This document shows positions 8,247-17,384 of a stretch of 64,000 nucleotides of DNA, one piece after another. The notes beneath the pieces were generated by a model. It was not told the origin of the DNA. It searched no databases and worked only from the letters and a program-made list of their open reading frames with translations. This DNA comes from Candidatus Komeilibacteria bacterium (GTDB taxonomy: Bacteria; Patescibacteriota; Patescibacteriia; UBA1558; GWA2-36-10). The stretch spans positions 160,970-224,969 of the forward strand of contig JABHZY010000024.1 in the NCBI GenBank assembly GCA_018656065.1. Direction: 5' to 3'. The first letter of the stretch is position 1. Every line of letters starts with the position of its first letter. A program made the translations under genes and the position numbers.

Positions 8247-9452
8247 TTATTCTCTATTATAATTACCATCGTCATCAAAATTCAAAGATCTACTAATTCC
8301 ACTAGCATTCCATATAATATCAAATACTGATTGAAATTTTTCTGCCGGATTGAAATCTTCTCTATCTATAATAACTGCTGGCAATCTTAAATCATTAGTA
8401 ATTATAGGTAAAGCATCTCTAAAAGGAAAAGGACCCGGTATAGAGACCTTAAAACCCTTAATACCAAATAATGTTAAATAAACATAAAATGGTGGCTTAA
8501 AAGATAACTCCACTAAAAGTTCTACCATACTAGCAACATACTTCATAACACTTGACTCTAACCAAACCATTGGTATTATTGGAGTTGGTTCTCCTTCTGT
8601 TTCTCTAGCCATTAAACCAGAGGCCTCTACGGCCTCTATTTTCCCATCTCTGTATAACTGAGTATATGTTCGTATTGTATCATTATCGTCATTAGAAGCT
8701 GAGTAAGCCGCTACTCCTTCCATATTAATTCTATGACTCCAGCCAGAATTATAGAATGGCCTGAATTTATCGTTACCACCCTCACTTAAAGATAAAATAG
8801 TTGCATTACTTAATTTATGCTCTGTAGTAAAAGCAGATAATGGTAATATATGTATACTGAGAAAATTAGAATTATTTGAAATTATCAATGGTGTGTCGCT
8901 AGCTTGTATATCAAAAACTCTTTTATTTACAAACCCTTTAACATTATCAATCAAATTGCTAGTTTTTATAAACGAAGTTCTCAATTCACCGACGTCCATG
9001 GGATATTTACCATTTGAATTTCTTCTATAGAATTTATCATGGCTCTCAAGAGTAACTCTATGAGGCGCGTCTAAACTTGGATCTATCCTTATGACTAAAA
9101 TAAATTTATTATTATTGGCTATCACTCCTATATCATAATTCATTCTTGGTGCTATAGCTTGTCTCAATAAATTTTCTAATCTTGATTTTTCTGAATCAAT
9201 ATCACCAACCTCAAAACCAATATCTTCTGAAACTATTTCCTGTCCAATACTGCTTTCATCAACTCCAAAAATAATATAACCACCCTCTGTATTAGCAAAT
9301 GATGATACATCAGCTAAAAATTCTCTCTTATTACTATGAGATGTGCCAGGTAGTATAGCCTTAAATTCTAAGGTCTTTTTTTCTGTAACATTAGATTCGA
9401 CAATGGCTTTTATATCAGCCACTTCTATTTGATCAATGTTTTTATCTATCAT
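8247..9452 (-). CDS. Schlafen/AlbA_2-like (divergent AAA) domain protein with an unknown C-terminal domain
   Basis: 401 aa. The N-terminus KTLEFKAILPG...FLADVSSFANTEGGYIIFGVDE matches the AlbA_2 signature as I remember it. Confidence 0.6.
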   Translation of the reverse strand: MIDKNIDQIEVADIKAIVESNVTEKKTLEFKAILPGTSHSNKREFLADVSSFANTEGGYIIFGVDESSIGQEIVSEDIGFEVGDIDSEKSRLENLLRQAIAPRMNYDIGVIANNNKFILVIRIDPSLDAPHRVTLESHDKFYRRNSNGKYPMDVGELRTSFIKTSNLIDNVKGFVNKRVFDIQASDTPLIISNNSNFLSIHILPLSAFTTEHKLSNATILSLSEGGNDKFRPFYNSGWSHRINMEGVAAYSASNDDNDTIRTYTQLYRDGKIEAVEASGLMARETEGEPTPIIPMVWLESSVMKYVASMVELLVELSFKPPFYVYLTLFGIKGFKVSIPGPFPFRDALPIITNDLRLPAVIIDREDFNPAEKFQSVFDIIWNASGISRSLNFDDDGNYNRE

Positions 9453-9461
9453 AAGATTTAA

Positions 9462-10181
9462 TTAGCTTATTGAATCTATAATTCTAAGAAGTTGATTTGA
9501 TGTATGAATTATGTCAGCAGCTTCTTTCGGGTCAAGAAGTTCAACATCTCTATGACTTGATGGATTCTTAAATGTACCTATTGCACCAGTAAACAATTCC
9601 ATTCTAGCTACTTTTTCACCGGGAGCAGCCTCTTGATCTGTTAATATACCATCAGTTGGACTAAATGCTTTCCTCATTAAAGATACTCCAATGTCACTAT
9701 TACTTAAATTAGTTTTATTACGTACTCTTATCTCTACCTCCTTGAATGCTTGAAATATAGCCGTATCATAATCACCTCTAATAAAAGCTTGTTTAACTTT
9801 TCTTACCAAAATTGGGTCTAAACCATCCGAAGGTAAAAGCTCGCCTTTTCTATAGGTTTCAAAATCCTGAGAATCTAATATCTCCTGCCCTCTTGGTGTA
9901 ATGAAAGTCCAATCTATATTTCCAGGTTGTGGAGCTATAAATAATTCTCTTTCAAGCCATCGCCACGCTACTATAAATCTTTTTAAGATTTTTTCCCTAA
10001 GAAGATTATCCTGCCCTGCCCAACTAACAAAATTCTGATCTGTGCCAATAGTAAAATTATGCATATTAAAATTTTGCATACCTGAAACACTTAGATGCTT
10101 CAAAATAACAGGAGCTAACTCCTCTGGTTCCATATCTAATATAGTTTCTATAGGAGGATATATTTCTTCATAAATTGACAT
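9462..10181 (-). CDS. TIGR02391 (Hypoth_Ymh)-like protein
   Basis: 239 aa. The C-terminal half reads GDYDTAIFQAFKEVEIRVRN...LMRKAFSP...GEKVARMELFTGAIGTFKNPSSHRDVELLDPKEAADIIHTSNQLLRIID. This fits the family pattern as I remember it. Confidence 0.6.
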   Translation of the reverse strand: MSIYEEIYPPIETILDMEPEELAPVILKHLSVSGMQNFNMHNFTIGTDQNFVSWAGQDNLLREKILKRFIVAWRWLERELFIAPQPGNIDWTFITPRGQEILDSQDFETYRKGELLPSDGLDPILVRKVKQAFIRGDYDTAIFQAFKEVEIRVRNKTNLSNSDIGVSLMRKAFSPTDGILTDQEAAPGEKVARMELFTGAIGTFKNPSSHRDVELLDPKEAADIIHTSNQLLRIIDSIS

Positions 10182-10236
10182 ACTTGCATTATACAGAAAT
10201 GCAAAACAAACGGCAAATATCCTATCAAAAGCAGTG

Positions 10237-11121
10237 TTATAGAGGATTTTTAATAATCTGCTGTCTTAAATGTTCGCTACTAGCTGCTAAATATATAGTA
10301 GTTGTCTTGATGTCGTTATGCCCCAAAATTCTAGATAAACTATAAATATCACATCCTCCTTCAAGCATAAGCGTAGCAAAAGTATGCCTAAGTCTATGAA
10401 CATTGAAACTAAGGCCCGAGACATCTTTTATCTTAGCAACCAAACGTCTCAGGCCTATTTCTTTGAAACCCATATTACGGTTAAGAGAAGTAAAAAATTC
10501 TGGACAAGTTTTATCTAATCTAGATCTTTCCTGGGAGTATTTTTGTAGTATTGAAACTAATTTATGATTAATTGGAATTATCCTATCTTTATTACCCTTG
10601 CCCTGTCTAACAAAAAGCGTTAAATTCTCTAAATCAATATCAGTATATTTAAGATTTAACAATTCTTTACGCCTAAGGCCCGTAAAAAGAAACGTGGCAA
10701 ATATAGCATGATTTCTATACCTAAGAAATTTGTACTTATATGGATAATTATAAACTACCTCTAATAACCTCTGAGATTCTTGTTTGGTTAATTTTGGTGG
10801 AAGTCTCTTCTCTATCTTAGGAGTCTCAATATCCTGAGCTAAATTAGCCTCCATATGCCCCTGCTCTACGCACCAACGGAAAAATACTACCAATGTCTTG
10901 TGATAGCATACAAACGTGTTAGACGACCAATTTTTAAGCGTACGACCATTAAAAAAGAAGCCCTTGGTATTCTCATCATTTATTTGATCTATATCCTCTA
11001 TCTCAGCATATTTAGTAAATAAAGATACTACGCGTCTATAGCGTTTAATAGTATCATCTGCATATCCTCTGATATATTGAGAATAATCACAAAACTCTTG
11101 AACAAGTAAGTTAATTTTCAT
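10237..11121 (-). CDS. tyrosine recombinase / integrase (XerC/D-like)
   Basis: 294 aa. The catalytic signature is TGLRRKELLNL ... HRLRHTFATLML ... LGHNDIKTTTIYL. It lies next to the island-borne tRNA and attL. Confidence 0.85.
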   Translation of the reverse strand: MKINLLVQEFCDYSQYIRGYADDTIKRYRRVVSLFTKYAEIEDIDQINDENTKGFFFNGRTLKNWSSNTFVCYHKTLVVFFRWCVEQGHMEANLAQDIETPKIEKRLPPKLTKQESQRLLEVVYNYPYKYKFLRYRNHAIFATFLFTGLRRKELLNLKYTDIDLENLTLFVRQGKGNKDRIIPINHKLVSILQKYSQERSRLDKTCPEFFTSLNRNMGFKEIGLRRLVAKIKDVSGLSFNVHRLRHTFATLMLEGGCDIYSLSRILGHNDIKTTTIYLAASSEHLRQQIIKNPL

Positions 11122-11155
11122 AAATAAAAAACACTGCTTAATTAATGCAGTATTC

Positions 11156-11231
11156 TGGAGCCGTCATGCGGACTCGAACCGCAGACCCCCACCTTACCAT
11201 GGTGGTGCTCTACCAACTGAGCTATAACGGC
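11156..11231 (-). tRNA. tRNA-Thr(GGU), island-borne intact copy
   Basis: The reverse complement folds by hand. Acceptor is GCCGUUA/UGACGGC. D arm is GCUC-AGUUGGUA-GAGC. Anticodon arm is CCACC-AUGGUAA-GGUGG. T arm is UGCGG-UUCGAGU-CCGCA. It ends UCCA. Confidence 0.85.
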
Positions 11232-11331
11232 GTGATTTACTCCGTGATCTGTTTAGGGAGAAAACAGACCGCTATTTTAACAAAGCTCCCAATTTTATTA
11301 ACTCAATTTAACTTTTACACAGACCTGTTTA

Positions 11332-11368
11332 TTACCATGGAAGTGCTCTACCGCTGAGCTATGACGGC
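11332..11368 (-). pseudogene. 5' half of the disrupted host tRNA-Thr(GGU) (attL side)
   Basis: The reverse complement reads GCCGTCA-TA-GCTC-AGCGGTA-GAGC-A-CTTCC-ATGGTAA and then diverges into TAAACAGG. It has no 3' half nearby. Confidence 0.8.
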
Positions 11369-11378
11369 TTATTTTGGA

Positions 11379-11642
11379 TTAATTTTTCTTTGCCAGTTCT
11401 TCTTTCTTCTCTTTCTTCCAACCCTTAATTTGGGCTTCACGTTTCATAGCTTTTGATATAGAATCGAATTCTTCTGAATACACAATCTTAACTGGTCGTC
11501 TTTGCCTAGTATACTTAGCTCCATCGCCAGAATTATGTTTGTTTTCACGTTGTTTTAAATCTGCACAATATCCAGCATACAAAGAATTATCTGAACACCT
11601 TGCAAGATAAAAATGATATTTTTTTACTTTGTCTTCTTTCAT
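11379..11642 (-). CDS. GIY-YIG nuclease superfamily protein (UPF0213-like)
   Basis: 87 aa. YHFYLARCSDNSLYAGYCADLKQRENKHN carries the GIY..YxG motif, followed by a conserved KREAQIKGW tail. Confidence 0.7.
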   Translation of the reverse strand: MKEDKVKKYHFYLARCSDNSLYAGYCADLKQRENKHNSGDGAKYTRQRRPVKIVYSEEFDSISKAMKREAQIKGWKKEKKEELAKKN

Positions 11643-11812
11643 AATAAATACCCTATACTAGAGCATAAGTGCCCTTCGATTGAATGCCTTTCGACTCACT
11701 TCGTTCGCTCAAGACACTCTCCTCGTCTTATTATATAAGAATGGTTGGCGTTCCGAACAAAGTGAGGAACAGAAACCACGAGCGAGGAGGAGTAAAACGA
11801 CGACGAGTCGAG

Positions 11813-11898
11813 TGGTGGGCCCGGAGGGATTCGAACCCCCGAAGGCGAAAGCCAGCAGGTTTACAGCCTGCCCCGTTTGACCGCTTCGGTACAGACCC
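11813..11898 (-). tRNA. tRNA-Tyr(GUA), long variable arm
   Basis: Hand fold. Acceptor is GGGUCUG/CGGGCCC with two G-U pairs. Anticodon arm is GCAGG-CUGUAAA-CCUGC. The variable arm is long. T arm is GGGGG-UUCGAAU-CCCUC. It ends ACCA. Confidence 0.8.
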
Positions 11899-11963
11899 AC
11901 GCTACAAAAACTATTTGGTCTGACCCTGAGCAACGCCGAAGGGTACAGACCCACAAAAAAATA

Positions 11964-12848
11964 TTATAAATTATCAATACGCTCTATAAAACTAACTATC
12001 TTTTGATTCTCTGGATTAACTTCTTTTAACTTGTCTAAATAGTCAGAAGCTAATTCTTTATCAGACATAATTATACTAATATTTATCAAAAAGTCAAGAA
12101 TCTTAGGATTGTTTGATGCTGAAAGTAAGGCCTTTTGAGCAGTCTCCAGAGCTTTTTCCTCTTCTTCCAAGTCCATATATACTTCAGCTAGCGATAATAA
12201 ATATAAATGGTTATCATCTGACAATGATATTGATTTTATATAATCCTCTTCTGCCTGCTTAAGATTCCCTCGCTCTTTAGCAATATCAGCTAAAGAATAA
12301 TAAACATCCGGATCTTCAGTATGAGTTAATTTCAATAAATACTCTAATGTTTCTTTAGCTTGAGTATATTCTTTTTTAAGTCGATATACTTCAGCTAATA
12401 ATTTATAAGCTTCTATATTATGCTGATCAATACCAATAGCATCTAATATCACTTCCTCGGCCTGGCTATATTCTTCTTGATTTGCATGCTGTTTAGCAGT
12501 GGTTAATATTTCATCTACAGCCTGGGATCTGTCCACTGAGGAATTAAGTTTCTCGAAACCACGTAGACGAATATCTTTTTCTATATCTGTTAATTTTTTA
12601 TAATACTGTTTCAAAGTGCCTTTTAATTTACCCTTAGCTGGGTTTAGTAATACTTTAAATTTATCAAAAACTCCTAACCAAAATCTCTCTAAACGACTTT
12701 TTAGTATGTACTCTTTCTGTCTCTGTATTTTTACTTCTGGTAAGTTATCCACATTAATATTTATCAAACGTGAAAATTTCCCTACTATCTTCCAGATAAT
12801 AAAGACTAAAGATAAAACTATTAAAATTGCTAAAGCTATATCAAACAT
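11964..12848 (-). CDS. membrane-anchored TPR-repeat protein
   Basis: 294 aa with an N-terminal TM helix. TPR-like repeats are visible (YSQAEEVILDAIGID, AYKLLAEVYRLKKEYTQA, YYSLADIAKERGNLKQAEEDY). Confidence 0.6.
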   Translation of the reverse strand: MFDIALAILIVLSLVFIIWKIVGKFSRLININVDNLPEVKIQRQKEYILKSRLERFWLGVFDKFKVLLNPAKGKLKGTLKQYYKKLTDIEKDIRLRGFEKLNSSVDRSQAVDEILTTAKQHANQEEYSQAEEVILDAIGIDQHNIEAYKLLAEVYRLKKEYTQAKETLEYLLKLTHTEDPDVYYSLADIAKERGNLKQAEEDYIKSISLSDDNHLYLLSLAEVYMDLEEEEKALETAQKALLSASNNPKILDFLINISIIMSDKELASDYLDKLKEVNPENQKIVSFIERIDNL

Positions 12849-12851
12849 ATA

Positions 12852-13721
12852 CTAAGCTTTATTGTTACTACCAAAAATTTTTATCGTCTTTTCTACTTCT
12901 ACCTGCATAGCCTCTGTAGAAGGATTAAGAATTTTTCTAGGGTCTATAATATTAGATTCTTTAGAAATAGTACTTTTAAGCGCTTTTCTAAAGGCTAAAC
13001 GTAAATTCGTATCAATATTTATTACACTAACTCCGTTCTTTATAGCTTTTCTAAAAGTCTGAGGACTAAGCCCAGAACCACCATGGAGAACAAGAGGTAT
13101 ATTAACTAATTCTCTTATTTTTTTCAAGCGTGGCTGATCAACTCTTTCAACGCCTTTGAAATGTCCATGAATAGTGCCAACTGAAATTGCTAAAGTATCT
13201 ACTTTAGTACGTTCTACAAAATCTCTAGCCTGAATTGGATCGGTCATTAGATCTTTCATATTTATCTCTCCTGTTTCCAGTTTAACCATACCCTCTTTGC
13301 CCAAAATTGAGCCTAATTCGGCTTGAATCCATATTTTCTTATTATGGGCTAACTTAGCCATTTGTTTTGATAGACGGACGTTAGTGGCGTAATCTTTTTC
13401 TGAGGCATCCATATGTACTGAATTATAACCAACATTAATACAATCCTTAACTATTTTAGTATGTTTGCCATGATCAAGATGAATAGCAATTGGCACAGAT
13501 TTGCCTATAGTATTACCTACATTAGTCATTATAGAAAATAAAGTCTGCAAATTAGAATAGCCGATGGCAGATTCTGAAGTCTGTATAATTACTGGCGATT
13601 TTTGTTTGACTGCCGCTCTAATAATAGCCATTGTAATCTCCAAATTTGAAGTATTGAAAGCTCCCACAGCATATTTACCTGCCTTAGCTTTTGTGATTAT
13701 TTGTTTAATTGGAACTATCAT
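12852..13721 (-). CDS. fba: class II fructose/ketose-bisphosphate aldolase
   Basis: 289 aa with PVIIQTSESAIGY, IAIHLDHG and LVLHGGSG motifs. It sits next to tpiA. Confidence 0.8.
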   Translation of the reverse strand: MIVPIKQIITKAKAGKYAVGAFNTSNLEITMAIIRAAVKQKSPVIIQTSESAIGYSNLQTLFSIMTNVGNTIGKSVPIAIHLDHGKHTKIVKDCINVGYNSVHMDASEKDYATNVRLSKQMAKLAHNKKIWIQAELGSILGKEGMVKLETGEINMKDLMTDPIQARDFVERTKVDTLAISVGTIHGHFKGVERVDQPRLKKIRELVNIPLVLHGGSGLSPQTFRKAIKNGVSVINIDTNLRLAFRKALKSTISKESNIIDPRKILNPSTEAMQVEVEKTIKIFGSNNKA

Positions 13722-13727
13722 ATATTT

Positions 13728-14468
13728 TTATGAATTTTTAATTAAATCAAAAAATGTTTGAGCTTTTAAACTAGCTCCACCAACCAAAGCACCTTTAAAA
13801 TCTTTACTGAAATCACCAACTGTATCTGGCTTAACACTACCTCCATAGACAATATCAAAATCTTTTAAACTAGCTGGAATGCTATCTTTTAATATCTTAA
13901 TCTGTTCTATGGCTTCAGCAGCTGTAATGGTCTTACCACTACCACTAGTACTAATTGCCCAGACTGGTTCATAGGCTAATATAAAATACTTATTATCTAA
14001 ATTCTCTAAAGTCTTTGATACTTGTCTAGCTAAAACTTCTTTAGCATTACCAGCTTCATATTCTTCTAAAGTTTCACCAACGCAGATAATAGGAATCATA
14101 TTATTAGCTAATACAGCTTGCGCTTTCTTGCCAACTAATTCATCTACTTCGCCCATAGCTCTTCTTTCTGAATGTCCAACAATAATATAATCACAGCCTA
14201 ATTCTTTAAGACTGGCTGGTGATACTTCGCCAGTAAAGGCACCTTCTTCTTCATAAAAAGCATCCTGAGCTCCCAAGCTAATCTCTGAATTTTTTAAAAT
14301 ATTTGCTACGTCATGCATAGCTAAAAAACTAGGACAAAGAACTACCTTTTTATCTGCCAGCGGCTCTTTAGCTAACATATCTTTAAGTTCAGCAGACAAA
14401 GCTGTTGCCTCATCAACATTGAGCTTCATTTTCCAATTAGCTACTATAATTTGTTTATATTTTTTCAT
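13728..14468 (-). CDS. tpiA: triosephosphate isomerase
   Basis: 246 aa with IVANWKM, IIVGHSERR and AYEPVWAI. Confidence 0.9.
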   Translation of the reverse strand: MKKYKQIIVANWKMKLNVDEATALSAELKDMLAKEPLADKKVVLCPSFLAMHDVANILKNSEISLGAQDAFYEEEGAFTGEVSPASLKELGCDYIIVGHSERRAMGEVDELVGKKAQAVLANNMIPIICVGETLEEYEAGNAKEVLARQVSKTLENLDNKYFILAYEPVWAISTSGSGKTITAAEAIEQIKILKDSIPASLKDFDIVYGGSVKPDTVGDFSKDFKGALVGGASLKAQTFFDLIKNS

Positions 14469-14944
14469 AATACAAAATCAAAAATTTTAAATACTGTTAC
14501 AACTATCACTCCTGCTAAAATACTTCCTAGAGCTATATATATTAATGATTGTTTCTTATCAAAATTGAACAACCAAGCCGCCAAAGATCCGGTCCATACT
14601 CCTGTACCTGGTAGTGGAGTAGCTACAAAAAACATTAAAGCTAATTTACCCTGAGCAGCATATTTTTTATCAAATTTAGATCTAGTCCTATCAAACAGCC
14701 ATATAAAAAACCTGTCAAAAATTTTCCATTTTCTAAACCATTTTGATACTGGACCAAGCCAATAAACAATAAATATTGCTGGAATAAAACTACCAATTAC
14801 TGAAACTGTAAATATTTGCCACAAAGCAAGATCAAAATTAGCAATAGCCAAAGGAATAGCACCTCTTAGCTCAATAATAGGCAACATGGATAATAAAAAT
14901 GTTGCCAAAACTGGATTAATGTTATAAAACCACGATATATCCAT
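14465..14944 (-). CDS. small membrane protein (COG2426 / small multidrug-export-like family)
   Basis: 159 aa and polytopic. LPIIELRGAIPLAI is typical of that family. Confidence 0.5.
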   Translation of the reverse strand: MDISWFYNINPVLATFLLSMLPIIELRGAIPLAIANFDLALWQIFTVSVIGSFIPAIFIVYWLGPVSKWFRKWKIFDRFFIWLFDRTRSKFDKKYAAQGKLALMFFVATPLPGTGVWTGSLAAWLFNFDKKQSLIYIALGSILAGVIVVTVFKIFDFVL

Positions 14945-14975
14945 AATTAATAATAATTATACAATAAAACACTTT

Positions 14976-15902
14976 TTAAGACCATGAAAAATTATCTAGG
15001 ACCCAAGCAGATAATATTTTTAGATCTTGAAAACGACCATCATGACTATCAGAACCCAAAACCACTGAAATAATATCTGACTCTCCTTCTCCAACAACCT
15101 CAGCTACTAAACAATAACCAGAGGCATTAACAAAACCTGTCTTACCAGCCTTAATATTTAAAAAACTATTAAAAAGTTTATTAGTACTAATTATCTTATG
15201 ATTAGCACCACTAATAGCTTGAAAATTATAAACTGCCTTAGATACAGCATCATTTATATATTGATTGTCAAAAGCTACCTTAGCTAAAGACAAAATATCT
15301 AAAGCAGTAGATTTGTTATTATCTTTTAACCCTGTAGGATCTACAAAATTAGTATTAGCTAAATTCAATTCTTTAGCTTTATTATTCATTTTTTGTATAA
15401 ATTCTTCTTCTAATACTCCCGTGCTACGCACTAAAGCTCTAGTAGCATTGTTATCTGAGGCAATAAGCGATGTATAGAAAATATCATGAACTGTCACCAC
15501 TTCACCTCTTAATATTCTATTAGTACCGCCATTTATTTCATCTTGTTTTTCTAAAGTAATTTCTGTATCCCAACCAGGGTTATTATCTAAAAATACTAAA
15601 GCAGTCATCAGTTTAGTAATACTAGCAATGGATCTGACCTGATCTGCATTTTTTTGCCATAATATTAAGCCAGTATTTTTATCCATAGTAGCTGCTGATT
15701 GAGCGGCAATCTTTACTCCTAAAGATTTATTATCTATTTTATGAGGTATAATTTCAGCAGCATCATCTAATTCTACAGCTTCAAAGCTAGCTGTTGTATT
15801 TTCTTCACTTTCAAAAATACTAATCAAAGGTAATTGATAAGCTGGATTGCTAGTTAGACCAAGGCCTAATATTATAGTAGATATTAATATCCAAAGATTC
15901 AT
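14976..15902 (-). CDS. D-alanyl-D-alanine carboxypeptidase (S11 serine peptidase)
   Basis: 308 aa with a signal/TM N-terminus. The active-site motifs are SITK (SxxK), SDN (SxN) and KTG. Confidence 0.8.
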   Translation of the reverse strand: MNLWILISTIILGLGLTSNPAYQLPLISIFESEENTTASFEAVELDDAAEIIPHKIDNKSLGVKIAAQSAATMDKNTGLILWQKNADQVRSIASITKLMTALVFLDNNPGWDTEITLEKQDEINGGTNRILRGEVVTVHDIFYTSLIASDNNATRALVRSTGVLEEEFIQKMNNKAKELNLANTNFVDPTGLKDNNKSTALDILSLAKVAFDNQYINDAVSKAVYNFQAISGANHKIISTNKLFNSFLNIKAGKTGFVNASGYCLVAEVVGEGESDIISVVLGSDSHDGRFQDLKILSAWVLDNFSWS

Positions 15903-15906
15903 AATT

Positions 15907-16674
15907 TTATTCCTCCAAAAAAGTCTTAGTAACGGTAGTTAATTCTGGATCATCTGCCATGCCTACATAAACAAAATTAATTTTTTGATTATTTTTAGCT
16001 AGCTCATCTTGACTGATCCAGGCTAAATAGCCACTATCTAAAGTCTTTTTTGAATATTCTATTGGTGGTACTTCAACACCAGGTAAATAAATACTAACTG
16101 ATTCAAAACCTTCTGCCATTGATAATGCCCTATCTAATAATTTTTCTTCGACTACCCTTTCCATAGACAAAGCATGCATAGCCCCAATACATTTTACACC
16201 GGTATCATTAATGAAGTTCTTGATATCTTCAAATGGAACATCTTCTACATCCCAATGCGCTTCCATATGTGTACCAGCTGGATATGGTACTGCCCATTCT
16301 TTTATAAAAGAATGTAAAATACATCTATGTAATCCTAAAGTATTAATAATTTCTTTAATCTTAGGTAAAGCTTTTCGGTGCTTGCAATCTAAAACTACAA
16401 TCACATCTTCCGCATCTTTTAACATTTCAATTGCATCATCTATATCCATATTGTTAGGCATTGGAATCTTTTTTTCAATTGTATAAAATTCTTTAGGATG
16501 TCCAACATAAATACTATCATTATCTTCATCATAGGCAATATCAAATTCTATACTAGTGCCTTTTTTAATTGCTTCTTCTACTGTTTCTTTATGTACTTCA
16601 CGCACATGCCAATAGATATAAGGTTTATTTAACTCTCTGGCTTTATCTAGCGGATGTTGTTTCTGAATATTCAT
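15907..16674 (-). CDS. hypothetical protein
   Basis: 255-aa ORF in an operon-like array (4-nt overlap with rluB). I recognise no family with confidence. Confidence 0.5.
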   Translation of the reverse strand: MNIQKQHPLDKARELNKPYIYWHVREVHKETVEEAIKKGTSIEFDIAYDEDNDSIYVGHPKEFYTIEKKIPMPNNMDIDDAIEMLKDAEDVIVVLDCKHRKALPKIKEIINTLGLHRCILHSFIKEWAVPYPAGTHMEAHWDVEDVPFEDIKNFINDTGVKCIGAMHALSMERVVEEKLLDRALSMAEGFESVSIYLPGVEVPPIEYSKKTLDSGYLAWISQDELAKNNQKINFVYVGMADDPELTTVTKTFLEE

Positions 16675-17384
16675 AATTTTATATCTGTTTTATTTAAAAT
16701 TTTATATTCACCACTTGGCAGATCATCTAATTTTAATTTACCTTCAGCTATACGGACTAATTCTGTTACTCGTAAACCTTCTGCACCTAACATACGTCTT
16801 ATCTGTCTATTCCAGCCCTGATGAATTACTATTTCTAGTCTATTTTTGTCTAAAATCTTAACTTTATCAGCTTTAGCTAAACCTTCTTCTAACATCACGC
16901 CTTTTTTTAGATTAGAGATAATACTTTTGTCTAAAGCATTATTAACTGTGGCAATATAGGTTTTACTTACTTCAAACTTAGGATGTGTTAATTGATGAGT
17001 TAATTCACCATCATTAGTCAATAAAAGCAAACCTGAAGAATCCATATCAAGTCGCCCCACAGGAACAACTCTTGGTTTCTCAGGTACTAAATCAACTACC
17101 AGTTTATCATTATGCGGATCACTAAGTGAAGAAATATATCCAACTGGTTTATTTAATAAATAATAGACTTTTGGCTCTATTATTACTTTTTTATTATCTA
17201 CACTAATATTATCCTGATCAGCCAAAACATTAGTTGCAACATTATCTACAACTTCACCAGCTATTTTAACTTGACCAGCTTTAATTAACTCTTCTGACTT
17301 ACGTCGTGAAGCAATGCCTGCTTCAGCTAAAAATTTGGCTAGGCGTATTGAATTTTTATTGTTCTGCTTCATTTTCAGAGCCAT
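16671..17384 (-). CDS. rluB: pseudouridine synthase, RsuA/RluB family
   Basis: 237 aa. It has an S4 domain (RLAKFLAEAGIASRR) and the catalytic GRLDMDSSGLLLLTNDG. Confidence 0.8.
   Translation of the reverse strand: MALKMKQNNKNSIRLAKFLAEAGIASRRKSEELIKAGQVKIAGEVVDNVATNVLADQDNISVDNKKVIIEPKVYYLLNKPVGYISSLSDPHNDKLVVDLVPEKPRVVPVGRLDMDSSGLLLLTNDGELTHQLTHPKFEVSKTYIATVNNALDKSIISNLKKGVMLEEGLAKADKVKILDKNRLEIVIHQGWNRQIRRMLGAEGLRVTELVRIAEGKLKLDDLPSGEYKILNKTDIKL

Larger units (their letters stand above)
3319..11331. mobile_element. integrative island (~8 kb) inserted in the anticodon loop of tRNA-Thr(GGU)
   Basis: The island is bounded by the two halves of one tRNA, which share only ATGGTAA. It contains two tyrosine recombinases, an RT, accessory genes and its own tRNA-Thr. 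Confidence 0.75.

Noticed and set aside
11145-11954. ORFs at 11145-11357, 11680-11880, 11684-11923 and 11709-11954.
   Set aside because: They overlap tRNA-Thr, the tRNA-Thr 5' fragment and tRNA-Tyr. GC-rich tRNA sequence creates open frames.
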